The notes beneath the pieces are model-generated. The model was not told the DNA's origin and searched no databases. It saw only the letters and a list, made by a program, of their open reading frames with translations. A DNA stretch of 63,492 nucleotides, counting the filler, from Sphacelaria rigidula (taxonomy: Eukaryota): NCBI GenBank assembly GCA_964200075.2. It is 8 parts of 8 records of this genome, joined end to end, with 100 filler letters (N's around TTAATTAATTAA, not from the genome) between each part and the next. Parts side by side here need not be neighbours in the genome. Positions count along the whole stretch, not along the records: positions 23,849 to 31,697 come from CAXNAA020013242.1; positions 31,798 to 39,646 come from CAXNAA020013243.1; 6 more parts are not named here. One strand, written 5' to 3'. Positions 23,980-36,498 of the stretch are shown one piece after another. Numbering within the stretch: position 1 is the stretch's first letter; every line of letters starts with the position of its first letter. Made by a program: the position numbers and the translations under genes.

Positions 23980-25170
23980 TGCCCCAGTAGGAGCATATAT
24001 ACCCTACAATGAAGGTTGTGGCAACTCTATGCCGGAAAGCTACTCGTACCTTCAGGACCCTGGCACTCATGTGTTCGGGGGTGATGGCATCTGGACCCGG
24101 TGTGTTGGCGATAGACTCCTTGATGGCAAGGCCGACTCCGAGCATTCCCGGTTTCCCCCCGTCTCCATGACAGAGGCCGCTGCAGTGAACTATGTAGCCC
24201 GCTGCCGGTGCGTGAAAGGTTGTTCGTCCATCGCGACGCGTTTCTTGAAGGGCGACGAAATCACAGTCTTCCTTAGACGCAAAAAGCAGTAGGTTCTCTG
24301 CGTGGCCTGTGCCGTTGGAACCTCTCTCGGCTATGCTGCGTACATTCCACGTGGCCACCACCAGCTCTTTGGATCGAGTCTTCGCCCTTGCGGCAGCACG
24401 ATTCGCGTGAACCTGAGCTTTGTCGGCTCGCCGAGCTGGTCTTTTCCTCCTTCTCTTCCTTCGTTTTTCTCTGCCCCTTTCTTTCTGGTGTCTGATCCAG
24501 CGTTTTTGTACTACAATTCTCCGTTTCCGCGCACTCTTCCGCCCACGCTGGTTCATTCCTATCTGTTTCTGCGTGAGGTTCAGCGGACCTCGCGCACGTC
24601 CACCTCCACCAAGTCGGTCTTTATGCTTACACGCACGCCGTTGTCTGCTCTTAGAGCTACGGCAACAATGCTTTCGGCGGTGGCGATGAGTGATCGGATA
24701 AGCGGCCCCTTCCGGCAGGGGTAGGGCGTGTTCCGATTCCATCACCATGTAGCAGCACGTTTACGGGTGGTAAACACCGTACGGTGCAGTCAGGGACGCT
24801 GGCGCAAAGGGCATTCGAACCCACCCCACTGTGGTGCGCAGCAGGTAGATAGGAGGAGTTAATCTCCGCACAAGCCGAGTGTTGTACTCTTCCAGGGGCC
24901 GCTGCCTTAGCTGGTCTTTACCCGGTGACGGCGGTTCGGGTCTACGACCGGGAAAGGTACCGACTGTATCACGGGTGATAACCACCGTATGGCTTGCACG
25001 AGCAGGGATACGTGGAATGAGGAGTAACTGAGCTACCGCACGGGCGTCGTACGAAGTAGATTGACAGTAGATGTCACAGATATTCCGTACTAGCGGAATT
25101 GCTGCGTCTTTCCTTGGGCCGCTGCCGTCAGCCAGCCCAACCCGGCCTCAGCGCTCGGATCGAGGCTGGA
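23980..25170 (-). mobile_element. 5' part of a non-LTR retrotransposon (LINE, RTE-like): 5' UTR, basic N-terminus and AP endonuclease
   Basis: ORF 23963-24748 contains VVATWNVRS and FVALQETRR. The 5' boundary is approximate. Confidence 0.8.
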
Positions 25171-25392
25171 GGGAAAGCCAGTGATATCGAGGCAAAAGGT
25201 GCTTTCGCATATACGCTTTGGGGGCACGGGTAACCCCCAAACATAGTTCAAAGGGGGTCGCGGGGCTTGAGGTCGTCCATATGAAATTCATTGATCATGA
25301 CTTTAGGCCAGGGAAAGCACTGTTTTCGAGTTGAACCTCAACCAAATGTTGAATCTCAACAGCGGATCCAGGCTGTTAGAACGGTGAATAAG

Positions 25393-27612
25393 TCACAACT
25401 GAATACCAAACTCACTCGAAATGCGAGCAGCAACGGTACGAGTCACGCGCAATTTACGCAAATCCTGCGTAAGAAATTCTGGAGCGGCCTCAAAACTATT
25501 CTTGAAAGGCTCCCACGTACGCTCCTCAACTTCGCAACCAACCCAGTCGACCAACATGATCAACGAACGATCGTCTGCTTCTACCACTCGGACAATACCG
25601 GCCATCTGAAAGTGCCCCTGATTGAAAGCATGCTGGAATACGTCCTTAACGTCAGCCATACCGTAAAGCTGGGAGTCTGCATAAAAACGCGAACGAGCTA
25701 CATGGGTGGTCTAAATGCGACCCGAAACAATGTTTTGAATCTCAAACACGTGCGGGTGGTGAGCACCAACCACTCTCCATGGACCAGTCCACGTCGCCAT
25801 CAACTTGGGCGTAACACCAGGACGACACACGCGCGCATACAAGACATAGTCGCCTACCTCAAATTCGGCAGTTCCAGCGCCGACGAGAACCCCTCACGTC
25901 TACGCGCACGTTCAGCTGCAACACGTTCCTGTACTTGAACGTGGAAATATTCTTGCAAGTCCAAGACTCCTTGCAGTGCACGCTTAATTTGAATATCGTC
26001 CAAAACATCACACTTCCATTCCCCCGCCGATGAAGACGCCAACACCGAGAAAGACATCCAAGAAGCGCAACCAAACATCACGTGGTACGGCGTACTATCG
26101 TACCGACGACGATACGCTGTATTGAGCGCCCATTGCACCGCCGGCAACACGTCCACCCACACGGAAACCGCTTTACGCTGCTCGAGAAGAATAGAGCGAA
26201 GAGCACGAACTACTTCCTTGACCATGCGTTGGCATGTACCGTTAGACCACGGAGAATACGCCACCGCAAACTGGTGATCAAGGCGCAAAGCCTCTCGCAA
26301 TTGGGCCGAGATCGCATTCTTGAAATGCGTGGCGGTATCACTCACCTACACACGCGGCACCCCCAAAGGTTTGCACCAATTCAGCAAAAATGCAGCAGTC
26401 GATTCAGCAGTACACACTACTAATGGTTCCAGAGCCACTAAGTTGCTCAAATCATCCATGATTATCAACATGTATCGAAACCCAGCATCCTCCGGCAAAG
26501 CTTGGGAATCTAGCGGGCCACTCTCGCCCACGTACAAGAAGTCAAAATGAGCGACTTCATTCGGCGTGGTCCCATGGACCGTTTCGCCGAGCGGGCGGGG
26601 GACAACATCGCCCGCCCTCGAGTCAGCACAGGGAAGACACTGGCGAACAAATTCGCGCACATGAGTTTATATACCCCGCCAGACACAAAAGTCTTGCAAG
26701 CGCACGAGCGTTGCAGCCACACCACGATGCCCGGCGTCGCGCATGTGCGCGCAAACCATCAGACGCACCTGCAACTGCTTGTCAGAACTCGGAATCCACA
26801 AAACGGTTCGGCCACGCACATGCACACGAAGGAGACCTTCGTTATTCAAGATAGCAGTACCAATGTCCGACTCGAAGGATTGCACGTCCGCATCTTCGGC
26901 CCCAAGGTCTTTTCGTTGCGCTTGGCGGACGACAGATTTGGACGGTATCGAGTCATCAGGTTCACACGGACCATACACAGCCACAGCGCGCACAGGCATT
27001 TGAGTTTCAACAGTAGGCACCTGCATGACCAAACTACCCCAGTAGGACTCAGATGCATCCGGAAACATTAACACCTGACAACCAGGACGAGGATGGAATA
27101 GCGTCACGGCACGAGCCGCCGGATCGTTCGCTGCCGCCAACGCGTGCAGCCTGCCCTCCGTTCACGATGCAGCCTTCTTCGGAAACGCCATATCTGGACT
27201 GGACCACCCCGCCTGCAAATTCCGTAACACCAACCCGAGCACCAAAAGGGCCGACATGCACAACGCCAACCAACTCGACTTCACTGGACCGTACCACCGC
27301 GGCTCCGTCTTCACCGCGGACGCCCCAGGTTTTGGCTAAACACTCATGGGCTACACGCGCGCACGAGGATCACCCCGCAGCGCCCGACGAAACGCGTTGA
27401 CGCGGCAATGCAGTATGCCGCGTAGGCGCTCCGCTTTTGAGACGCTGAGGCCTGTCGCCCCAGCATCCGTCACGCTCTCCTCCAACGGGACCTTCCGAAC
27501 GGACTCCTCTTCAGCTGGAATCATTAACATCTCCGGGCCGCGCTCTACCGAGCGTCCCACCCCCGCATCCCGCTCCTCGGCCACCTGCCCCCCAGCCTCC
27601 TGAAAAACATTG
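25393..27612 (-). mobile_element. Second copy (internal part) of the RT-less Gypsy family of 1229-5574
   Basis: Colinear with about 3080-5251: LRGILHCRVNAFRRALRGDP, WSSPDMAFPKK-AAS, LMFPDASESYWGSLVMQVP, integrase and chromodomain ending GIQL*. Confidence 0.9.
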
Positions 27613-27629
27613 TAGACTCTAGCCATCAT

Positions 27630-30200
27630 TGTTACCTAAGGTTAGGGACATTTGTAGGTGGAGGTGCGGGTCTGATTGCCGGACTATGTGATGGTGACCT
27701 CCGTGACGAGTAGGCTTGATTTTGCCACTCTGGTGGAGAGAGGCTACGGTCCTGTTCTCCTGTACTATGCTGAGGGTTAATATATGAACAACTAAAGCTG
27801 CTGAAGTCCATGTACCCGTGATGGGAGGAGCCCACATGGCGATCTGATCTTGAGTGACAGATGTCTAAAATGACCGTTCATTAAGTCCGCTGACTAGTGG
27901 TAGGTCCGCTAAAAGCAGCTGACACTTCAAGATAGGGCAGTCTGCATGCCTGATCAGTTTGCAGCAAACAAGACCAGCTCAAGGCGTGCTAACGCCGCGA
28001 GGAGTTGGAGAAGTAGAGTGGAGGAGGTTCTGACGCAGTGCTAGGGCGGGCTGTGGTATTGCTCGTGCGTGGAGTACGGGCGGTCGATCGACAGCTGGCA
28101 AGCCCAAGATCGTTCCAGAAAAAGCGGCGAAATTACTGCCTAGTGGAGCCAGCGAGAATTGCTTGTTCCACGCTTGGCCAGGTACGGGCAGGAAGAAGAG
28201 TCTAAGGACTTCAAACACGTGGTAAGACCCGTGTGAGGAAGAGGCGCTGTGGCCATTGTCATTGTAAGGTGGTACAGCGCGTCTCGGTGTAAGGAGAGAG
28301 TTGTTCCTGTGAGTGGGAGGCGACTTCGTCTTTCAAAAGACGGTGTGGAATGCTGTACTGCTGACCGAAATGGATGAGGTGCAGGAATATGTCATCGTCG
28401 ATTGTCGTGTTGTTCCTGTACTGGCGCTGGAGATGCCGCACTACGGCCGCAAGTTTACGAGCGAGAAATCGGCCGAGTTTTTACGCAAATACGATAAATA
28501 TTTGCGAGAGGTAGATCCGGTGACCGCGCGGTAGAAAAACCTCTTCGAGGTGGCAGCAATTTCTGACCTCATGCTGAAACATATCGCGAAATGTCTGCGT
28601 TACGCGTTCTTGAATCATGTTCATGATATTGAGAACGAGGAGCTGCTTTTCGCTTTGCGCAGGCATGCATCATCGAATGGGGTGCATGGCACTGTGAAGG
28701 CCGAGCAGCATGTGTCCCCCCGAGGGGACAGGCACGATAGTGCACCCGCTAAACGTGCAGTCGGTAGGGAGTCATCCTACGATAGGGGGAGGGGTGTTTG
28801 ATTGCACGAAAAAAAAGGCTCGAAAGTGTGTCAGATGACCTGCCACACTCGCGGTGCCCTTGTATTCGGTTCAAAACGCTGTCAATCGGTATGAACGAGC
28901 GTTATATATCCATAACGAGCTCATTTGAGCAACCGTTGCCCCTTTCAACGACGATTTGGCTCTGAATTTCGTGCAAGAAGTGGCCCAAAATACCCCCCCC
29001 TCTTTATCGTAGGATGACTCTACCTAGGGCGTGTCTTGAGCAACAATACAGGGCAAATGCTTCCACTGTGCAGAGCGGAAACGAGACACAGCACGTGTCT
29101 GTCAAAGCGGGTATACATGAGAGCGTGCCCGCCGACAGTACCACGGTGAGCATTGGTTTGGATGCTGCTGGTATTGCTGCTGGAGAGGGCGAATATGTTA
29201 CGCAGCTTGAGCAGACTGAAGGCAGCTCAGCTGCCGCTGTTGCAGTTCAAGAGTGCGCTGCGCAGGACGTGACGGCTGTAGCGAGTATGGGTGATACTGC
29301 TGCTGCTGTTGGCGATGTTGAGAGGACGGAGCCTACATGGGCCAATGAGCAAGTACTGGTGGGCGGAGGTCCCAGTTGCTTGTTGCCGCCGGATCAGCGC
29401 GTAGCTAGAGATACTCCTTGCATGCTCGAAGCTGCAGGGGGGTGTTATTCGCGTATTGCGAAGGAGAAGGGTGAGCACGGAGCTTGCCGTGCTCATGATG
29501 AATCTATCTGCGCCAGTGACATAGCGAGAGATCATTCGGATGATTCGCAGGGGTATCTGCTTCAAGGACAGGTGGATTCCGGGTTGGCGGAATTGCCGCC
29601 GGAGCAGCGCGTAGCTGTGGACACGCCTTGCATGATCGAAACAACGGGGGCGTGTGACCCGCGTGAAGCGGGTACGCAGAGCGAGCTACAAGCTTGTGAT
29701 ACTGTTAGCGATCACAATTATGACGGCAACGATAAGCGTCGCGTGGTGTTTGGGTGGTCGTGTGCACTACTGTTTACATGGACAGCTTTGGCGTATTTGG
29801 CGACGATGGCGGAGGTGTCTCCACTGTTTCGCCACAGGGTGTTTGAGGACGAAAGTGTGCCATCAGGAGGTGTTGCTGTTCGGGACTGTGTAGCTGTTCC
29901 CGTTTCGCCTCTGGTTTCCTCTGTAAAACTGACTGAAGCACAGGTGTTCAGCACTGCCCAAGTATCTGTGGAGGCAGATGATCTGTCGCATTGGTTTGGC
30001 GGTGCGAATATACCTTTGAGAGGCGTGTTGAGCTACACCATTGGGGTGCCAGGTGTAGCTAGACTGAAGGTGTAAGGAGGGAGTGTCCGAGAGGAAAGGC
30101 TGCTCCACGCTGTGCACTGGGTTGTGGTTCGAGTGCTGCTGTTTCTCAGGAGCGGGCTGGAGGATTACAAAGAAGGTATTACAGTAGTACGCGATCTAAC
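27630..30200 (+). mobile_element. Putative degenerate LTR retrotransposon (LTR-like 27630-27859, gag-like remnants) interrupted by a MITE
   Basis: A TGTTAC...GTGACA segment cuts off the preceding Gypsy. Gag-like SAEFLRKYDKYLREV and a 353-aa open frame with an internal repeat. No second LTR seen. Confidence 0.4.
28769..29020. mobile_element. MITE family D (TIR GAGTCATCCTACGATA)
   Basis: GAGTCATCCTACGATA / TATCGTAGGATGACTC is a perfect 16-bp TIR. Flanks are TAGG and TACC (imperfect TSD). Confidence 0.85.
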
Positions 30201-31976
30201 TATTAATTTTGTGGCATTTTGTGATTTTTTCGTAGTTGGCGATTTTCTTGGGCTCTTTCCGCTTGCCACCGCATATCACATTGAGTATCTGAAGATATTT
30301 TTATGCCCTCCACATTTTGAGAAAAAAATATCATTCATACTCAATATTGAGTGACTTACGGGCTGACCGGTCATCGGGGGTCCTGCCACGTTTCGGTTCA
30401 GATTCTTACTATCCGGTATTTTCGGTCGATCGAGCATGTCCCGATCATATCTCTTAAGACATGTACAGTTTTATTTTTTTGAAATTCTACCTACCCATTG
30501 CACTAGAGCCGAAAGAAAGTGTTTCACGATCAATAACACCCTCCTGATAAACGGTGCATTTACTCGTATCTCCCGATAACACCAACTGACGCTGACTTGG
30601 GCACTGTGTTTTGATATTGATATACTTATTGTACCAAAATTTACCGACGCTAGCAATTTCGAGTTCTATCGAAGAGTAGTACGCGAGGAAAATCGCAAAA
30701 CATCCCTGAATAGTTAGACCGCCCACTACTGTACCTGAGGTGCTTGCTGTTGTGGTGAGCGCCGAGTTGGGTACTGATGTTGAGGAGCAAGTGCTGTGGT
30801 GATTGAGTGCTTGTTGAAAATGAGGACACACATCATGACTGGTATTCGCGAATCGTTCTGAGAATGATTTCAGCTTGTTATTGTGTGGTTTGTGGTCATG
30901 CTTGCGCTTGAAACATGGTTGTTGAGCGATTATGATCGTATCGCGTGTGCAGGGTAAAACTCTGGCGTACACGTGGGTATCTGGCATATGTGTGTTGCGC
31001 TGATCTGGTTGGCACGGACGATGCATGGTGTTTGCTGCGAGGAAGGTGGCATTGCATGTACTGAGTGAAATATTGGCATGCATGTGCGGATTTTCATGTG
31101 CTGAGTGGAATTTTGATAGGCATGTGCGAATCTTTGCTCGAATGGTACTGATATGAATGGTATCTGGTGACGACCTAGGGTGGGGCAGTTTTCATTATAC
31201 TGCTGTATGCTAAATGAAGGGAAGCTCGTATAATCTTGTTCGCGCAGGAACACAGTCGAATCATATTTGTGCGGTTTGCACGTACTGACTGCAGGATATA
31301 TGACATCTGCTGTTAGCGTAAACATGAGCTGAAAGATACGAAATGCGTAGGCTCGTCGTATGTGAGCAGGTATGACGCGAGTGCTTCCGGTGGTTGAAGA
31401 TAAAGACATGATGCGCGCATGCATCAATGATCTTTGACCGTGGCAAGTTTTTGTATGGATTGTCACGTGTTTGAACGAGCACGTCGTTGGTTTTTCGTTC
31501 ATGTCAGAAGGAGCATGTGGATGATGCGTCCATTTCTTCGAAGAACTGGTGCAGGTGGACTGCAAGAGTGTCGAGGAATTCATTATTTCTACATTTTGGC
31601 TGATGCACGGATGGGATATGACGGTTCAAGATCCGAACGAGATATAGATATATCTGGGATTTGCTCAAAAACAAGATTTCGAAAACGAGATCACGAGNNN
31701 NNNNNNNNNNNNNNNNNNNNNNNNNNNNNNNNNNNNNNNNNTTAATTAATTAANNNNNNNNNNNNNNNNNNNNNNNNNNNNNNNNNNNNNNNNNNNNTTT
31801 TTTTTTTTCCCTCCAGGGCGGAAACCGCTCCGGTGGCCCTTCGCCCCCCCCCCCCCCCCCACTTCCGATCCCCCCCCCCCCCCCCCCCCTCTCCCCCTAT
31901 CATAGCATAACTCGTACTCAGCTTCACTTTGTGCCTCATGACTTTCAGCGCCGCCCCGCTCTCTCCCTCCCTACAG

Positions 31977-34900
31977 GCGGTACTGCTACAACAGGCCTCC
32001 CATGAGAGAAGTAACACCGCAGCTACGGTCGCTGCGGGTGCCCCTGGCCCCCGTGACTATCGTATCGTCGCTGCAGGTCCGCAGACGAGTGCAGAGTTCG
32101 TTGCCCGCGGGATAGTGGCGGGGACCTGTCTAGAAATCCACCCCCCGGCGTCGTATCTAAAGTCAGGGGTCACAGCTGCTGCCAACAATGAAAATGCGCG
32201 ATTTTGCCCCTCCGGCAGCGGCGGTGCCGGTGTCGGTTGTGGCGTGGATGACAGAAAGAAAGAGCGGGTGGCGTATAGCATCTCCGATGTCGAAGTAGAA
32301 AGGGGTGCTATCGGTACCAGGTCCGGTGAATACAGCGGCGGGGGCAGCCCTGGCGGCATTGGCAGGTTTGAGTCCTTGACAACAGTCGCAGCGATGACGA
32401 ACGATACCTCGAGGATGAGGGATGAGGGAACGTTGGAGCCTTCAGCAACGCTAGACTACGGAAGTGATGCAGCTGGAGCTGATGTCGTCGACTCTGGAGC
32501 AAAGACGGCGTTGTCGTCGTCGGGAGTAACAACAGCACCAAGGGCAGTAGACAAAGATGGACCAAGAACAAGAACCACGAGCACTACGGGAGTGGATGGT
32601 GGGAGTAAGACAGCTCCGGACTCCAATTCTGTCTCCAGGAGGCAGCGGAGCAAGCTGCCGTTGCTGCCGATCAAACCACCGACGCATGGGTTCCATCTCG
32701 TGGATCTGCACGCGGTCGTGCGCAACTCCGTAGAGTGGCGTACCTGGTTGCCCAAGGTATTGTGAAAAGGGTACAAGAGTAGCGTTTAATAGTACGCCCG
32801 ACGGAGATATCTTTCTCAGAATGATCGGTGTCCTTTGTAGCGCTGGAAGTGTGAAAAGCAGCGACACAAGAGACAAAATTGAGTGCCTCGTCGTGGCAAT
32901 GTTCCAAAGGTGGTACAGTCTATCGGAACTTGAAGGTAACGGCCGGGATCGGCGATTGGGATGCTTCAGGTGTGCGTGTGTTTGTAGCAGACGACGCGGC
33001 GGTATTCCCGTCGCTCCGTCTACAAGTGCCGTGCCTCACCATGAGGGTCAGATGTTGCGTGGCAACTCTAATGTAGTCGGAGTTGGTGTCCCCCCAACAT
33101 ATTATTTTCGTTCTGAAATAAACCACGCGGCACACCGGCGCAAAGACGTTCGTAGAACAGCAGCCTGCGTACAAGACGCCAGCAGTCGAAACACACTTTG
33201 AACACTTTCTACGACAGCCCCCCCCCCAAAAACAAACAAACAAATAACCCAAAGCTGTCTCGAAACAAATGATCATACAGCGCCTGATGTTGGGTTCAGG
33301 TTGCATGAAGTGTCTCTCATGTAGGCGACATTGACGAGAACGAACCCAAGCGTTGGAATTCCCAGCTGTCCGTTGTGCTCGGCCTTTTCCATTTCGATTT
33401 ACGTGTAGATTTTGCCTCCCCAAACCAGCCACGTTTTTCCGGGGGGGGGGGGGGGGGGGTGTTTTAGAAAGTTTTTTTTTTGGTTTTTTTTTTCGTTTAA
33501 TTTTTCCCCTACTGCGGGCACAGGGGGAGCCAGTCTTNNNNNNNNNNGTTGTCGGTGTGGGGGTGCTCTGGGTTTGTGTGGTGGGGGGGAGTTTGGCCCG
33601 GCCGCTCGCGGCGTGTGGGGGGGGGGGGGGGGGGGGGGGGGCTGTTGTAGAAAGTATCTTTATTGGTTGTTCATTTCGTCTAATTGTGCCCCTACGTCGC
33701 GAACAGGTAGAGCCAGTCTTCCGTGTTGGCGACAACCGAGACACGGTCTTGCTGGGGCTCGTTCACGCTCTTGGCGGGCGTTTGTCTTGCTCGTCCAAGC
33801 ATGACATCAAGGCCGGAACGTATGCCACACGGAGTGTAAGCCGATCGCCTCAGGCTTCCGTCACCACACCGCTGCGTCTCTTCGATCGCCACATTTGCCG
33901 CCCTCCTGCGCTGTTGCGGGCAGCAGCGATGGCTGGGGTCAGCTTGTACGAGGTAATGATTTTAGTTACCCCTGCCGCCGCCGCCGCCGCCGCCGCGCCT
34001 ACCGTGAAGCTGAGAGCACTTTTGATACCATTGCGAGTTTTGTGTTGGTTGATTCCTTGCATGTAGTATTTTAATTGCAACAAGTCATCACTTGCTACAT
34101 GGTGCTTATCTTCAGGGTTTCCGTTCCTGTCCCACCTCACTTTGCCCCCTTGTACCAGGTCGACTGCGTCGATGAGTTGTGCAGGATTGCGAAGGCCAGA
34201 CATCGTACAAGCATCTCCGCCACTCGACCGTCCACCACAGCAGTGTCCAGCATCGACGCAATTCCTCGCAAAGAAGAGGTGTCGAAGGTTGCAGCGCAAC
34301 GACCACCTGTCGAGCACCGAGCGACCGGTGCGACCCCCGGTAGCGGCAGTGGTGTCTACGATGTAGCAGAGGCCCTCATTCGTCTCACTGTGCCTCCCCG
34401 CATTCCGCGAGTTCAGGTTCCCGGCGTGACTTCATGTCAGCCGTCTTCGCTCCAGGACAAGACCTTGTCGACTCCGCTGGAGACAAATTTTGGTGCAAGC
34501 TTTGACGGTGTAGTTGAGATCGTACAGAGGGTGGCAGCAACAATGGCGACAAAGCCGAGTGCCGTGCAAGGTACTGCGAGTAGGGGTGGCGAAAGCGGGC
34601 GCCATTGCCGTGGCGACGCAATTGACGACGGTGCGTGTCGAACACGTGGCGGCGCTCAGTGTCGTCCTTGGGCTAGCTTCTTTCCGTCGATTGTCGGTTT
34701 CTCGATCGATGTAGGGCAGGTGTGCTTGGATGACGCTATCGCAGCGGAGGCCGCGTTGGAGGTAACAACAGCAGAAACGCCAACAGCGGCAAGCATGTGG
34801 ACCATCAAGGATCCTGTCAAAGATAGTACTGTTGGCTCTGCTTATACTCCCGCCCCAGAGGCTGCCGTCCGGTTACCTCCGGGACAAGCAGTCGCCTCCG

Positions 34901-36021
34901 CCACCTTAGCAGAGGACATCGAGGCCGCTGTTGTGTTCGCGATGGAGGCAGCCCGCCGTGCAACCAACGCTTTTGCGGCAGCCGCGGCGAAAAACGGCGA
35001 ACAAGCTGCATCAAGGGATAGCCATGTCGCTCCTCGTGGGGCGTGCACCAGCGCAGCACAATCGCCGCCTTTTTGTTTTCGCCGGTTGCATATAACGGGG
35101 CTGGGTAACGGGGGCGCGCGTGGAGAGCCTCTGGCGGCGCTGAAGACAGCTCTGTCTCGGCACCTACCCGCGCTGCTCGCCCGCAGCACGGGAGCATCGA
35201 ATAGCGTTGGTGGTGGTATCGGCATAAGCAGACCTCTGTTGGTTTCAGCTGACGCCACCGAACATTTTGTCGCTGGGGGCGTGTGTTCCACTGCTGCATC
35301 CATCATCGGCCGTAAGGATGTGGTTTCTGCAATCTCTAATGACCCTACGCCGTCGTCAACGCCGCCGACGCCGCCATGTGATCGTCACAGCCATGACACT
35401 GGCGACAATAAAAATGAACATGTTGTTGTTCGCGAGGCGGGTAATGAGGCGGCGACGACTAAAGAAAACGGCCCAACTTGCAATGTGGGCGAGGGGCGAT
35501 CGGGAGCGATGTATTACATAGACGATGGCTGCTACGGATCCTTAAGCGGCGCATTGCTCAGGGCGGAGCCTGTGCAGCCCATACCTTTGGTTGATCCTCG
35601 TCGTCAAAGGTCACCGACTGGCCCATATTGTTCCAAACGTCGACCTGATGATGACAACGTCACCTACGAATACCAGTATCATTATCATCATCGGCAGCAA
35701 GAGCAGCGGGGTGAACCCACCGCTAAGCCGCCCGGCACTGCCGCCAGTTCATCGGGCGACAAATTACACATCTCTGCCGCTGCTTCCGCTGCACCGTGTA
35801 CGATCTGGGGGCCGACTTGTGATGGTCTGGATTGCGTATCTCGAGTTACCCTTCTGCCGGCCGAACTGAGGCCAGGAAGAGATTGGCTCTTTTTCCCGGA
35901 GCGAGGCATGCGGGCCGGGGCCGATGTGTCTGGCTTCAACGGGCTAAGGCCACTTGAGTCGATTTACTGCGTTCGGCAGTCGGGCGCTTCGCTTTCTGCC
36001 GCCCCTTTCGAACGACAATAA
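31977..36021 (+). CDS. Ornithine decarboxylase-fold (fold-type III PLP family) protein, predicted unable to bind PLP; exons 31977-32756, 33707-33952 and 34159-36021; 5' exon(s) lie outside the contig
   Basis: Three phase-0 exons with canonical AG/GT sites give an open frame of 962 aa. Colinear ODC motifs: GFHLVDL...WRTWLPK/VEPVFRVGDN, SCSSKHDI, VDCVDEL, ALIRL, TNFGAS, VGFSIDVG, YYIDDGCYGS, TIWGPTCDGLD, DWLFF...SGFNG. Confidence 0.9.
33202..33472. mobile_element. MITE family A copy in an intron of the ODC-like gene
   Basis: Starts ACACTTTCTACGACAGCCCC and the body matches 41754-42001. The right end lies in low-quality sequence near the small N gap. Confidence 0.75.
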
Positions 36022-36498
36022 TGGGTTGTACTGACGTTTTGCCCTCGTATTCCTGTCAAAAACTAACCCTATATTTAGGCCAAGTATGTTGAGTGTTGCG
36101 TGAGCCAAGTGAGCTCGTGTGTCTGCACTTGAGGACACATCTTCCTCGCGGGGAGCGCAGACATGATATCGAGCCGAAGAGTGGACGAAACTGCCGTTAC
36201 AATGTTTTAGCTTGTGTAAATTACAGGTGACATAGCCTACCCGACGTTGTTTCGAGGTGACAAGAATCCTGCAAGTCCATTGTTCAACTTGCGGAGAACA
36301 TCTAGCAGTCTAGAGTTTTCGTGTAAGACAGCTTGATGCTTACAGTTCTTCGCAATCTCTTCATTTCCAACATCTCGCGGTGCCATTGGCATTTTCACGA
36401 GTTATGTCACTGGCACTTAGCGGGAGGACCACATTTGAACATTCCTTGACACGTAGACACGTCACGTAGGCAGATTGTAGCATTCCAACATGTATTAA

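Noticed and set aside
24760-25170. HDV-like ribozyme in the LINE 5' UTR
   Set aside because: I could not build the nested double pseudoknot by eye; a covariance-model search would be needed.
30487-31583. 198-aa and 217-aa His/Thr-rich minus-strand ORFs
   Set aside because: No recognisable motif; the composition reflects TG-rich, probably non-coding or transposon DNA.
33440-33660. Apparent duplicated or alternative acceptor exon of the ODC-like gene (GEPV before the 10-N gap)
   Set aside because: It is a G/T-degraded copy of 33640-33720 beside a small gap and poly-G, typical of low-quality read ends.
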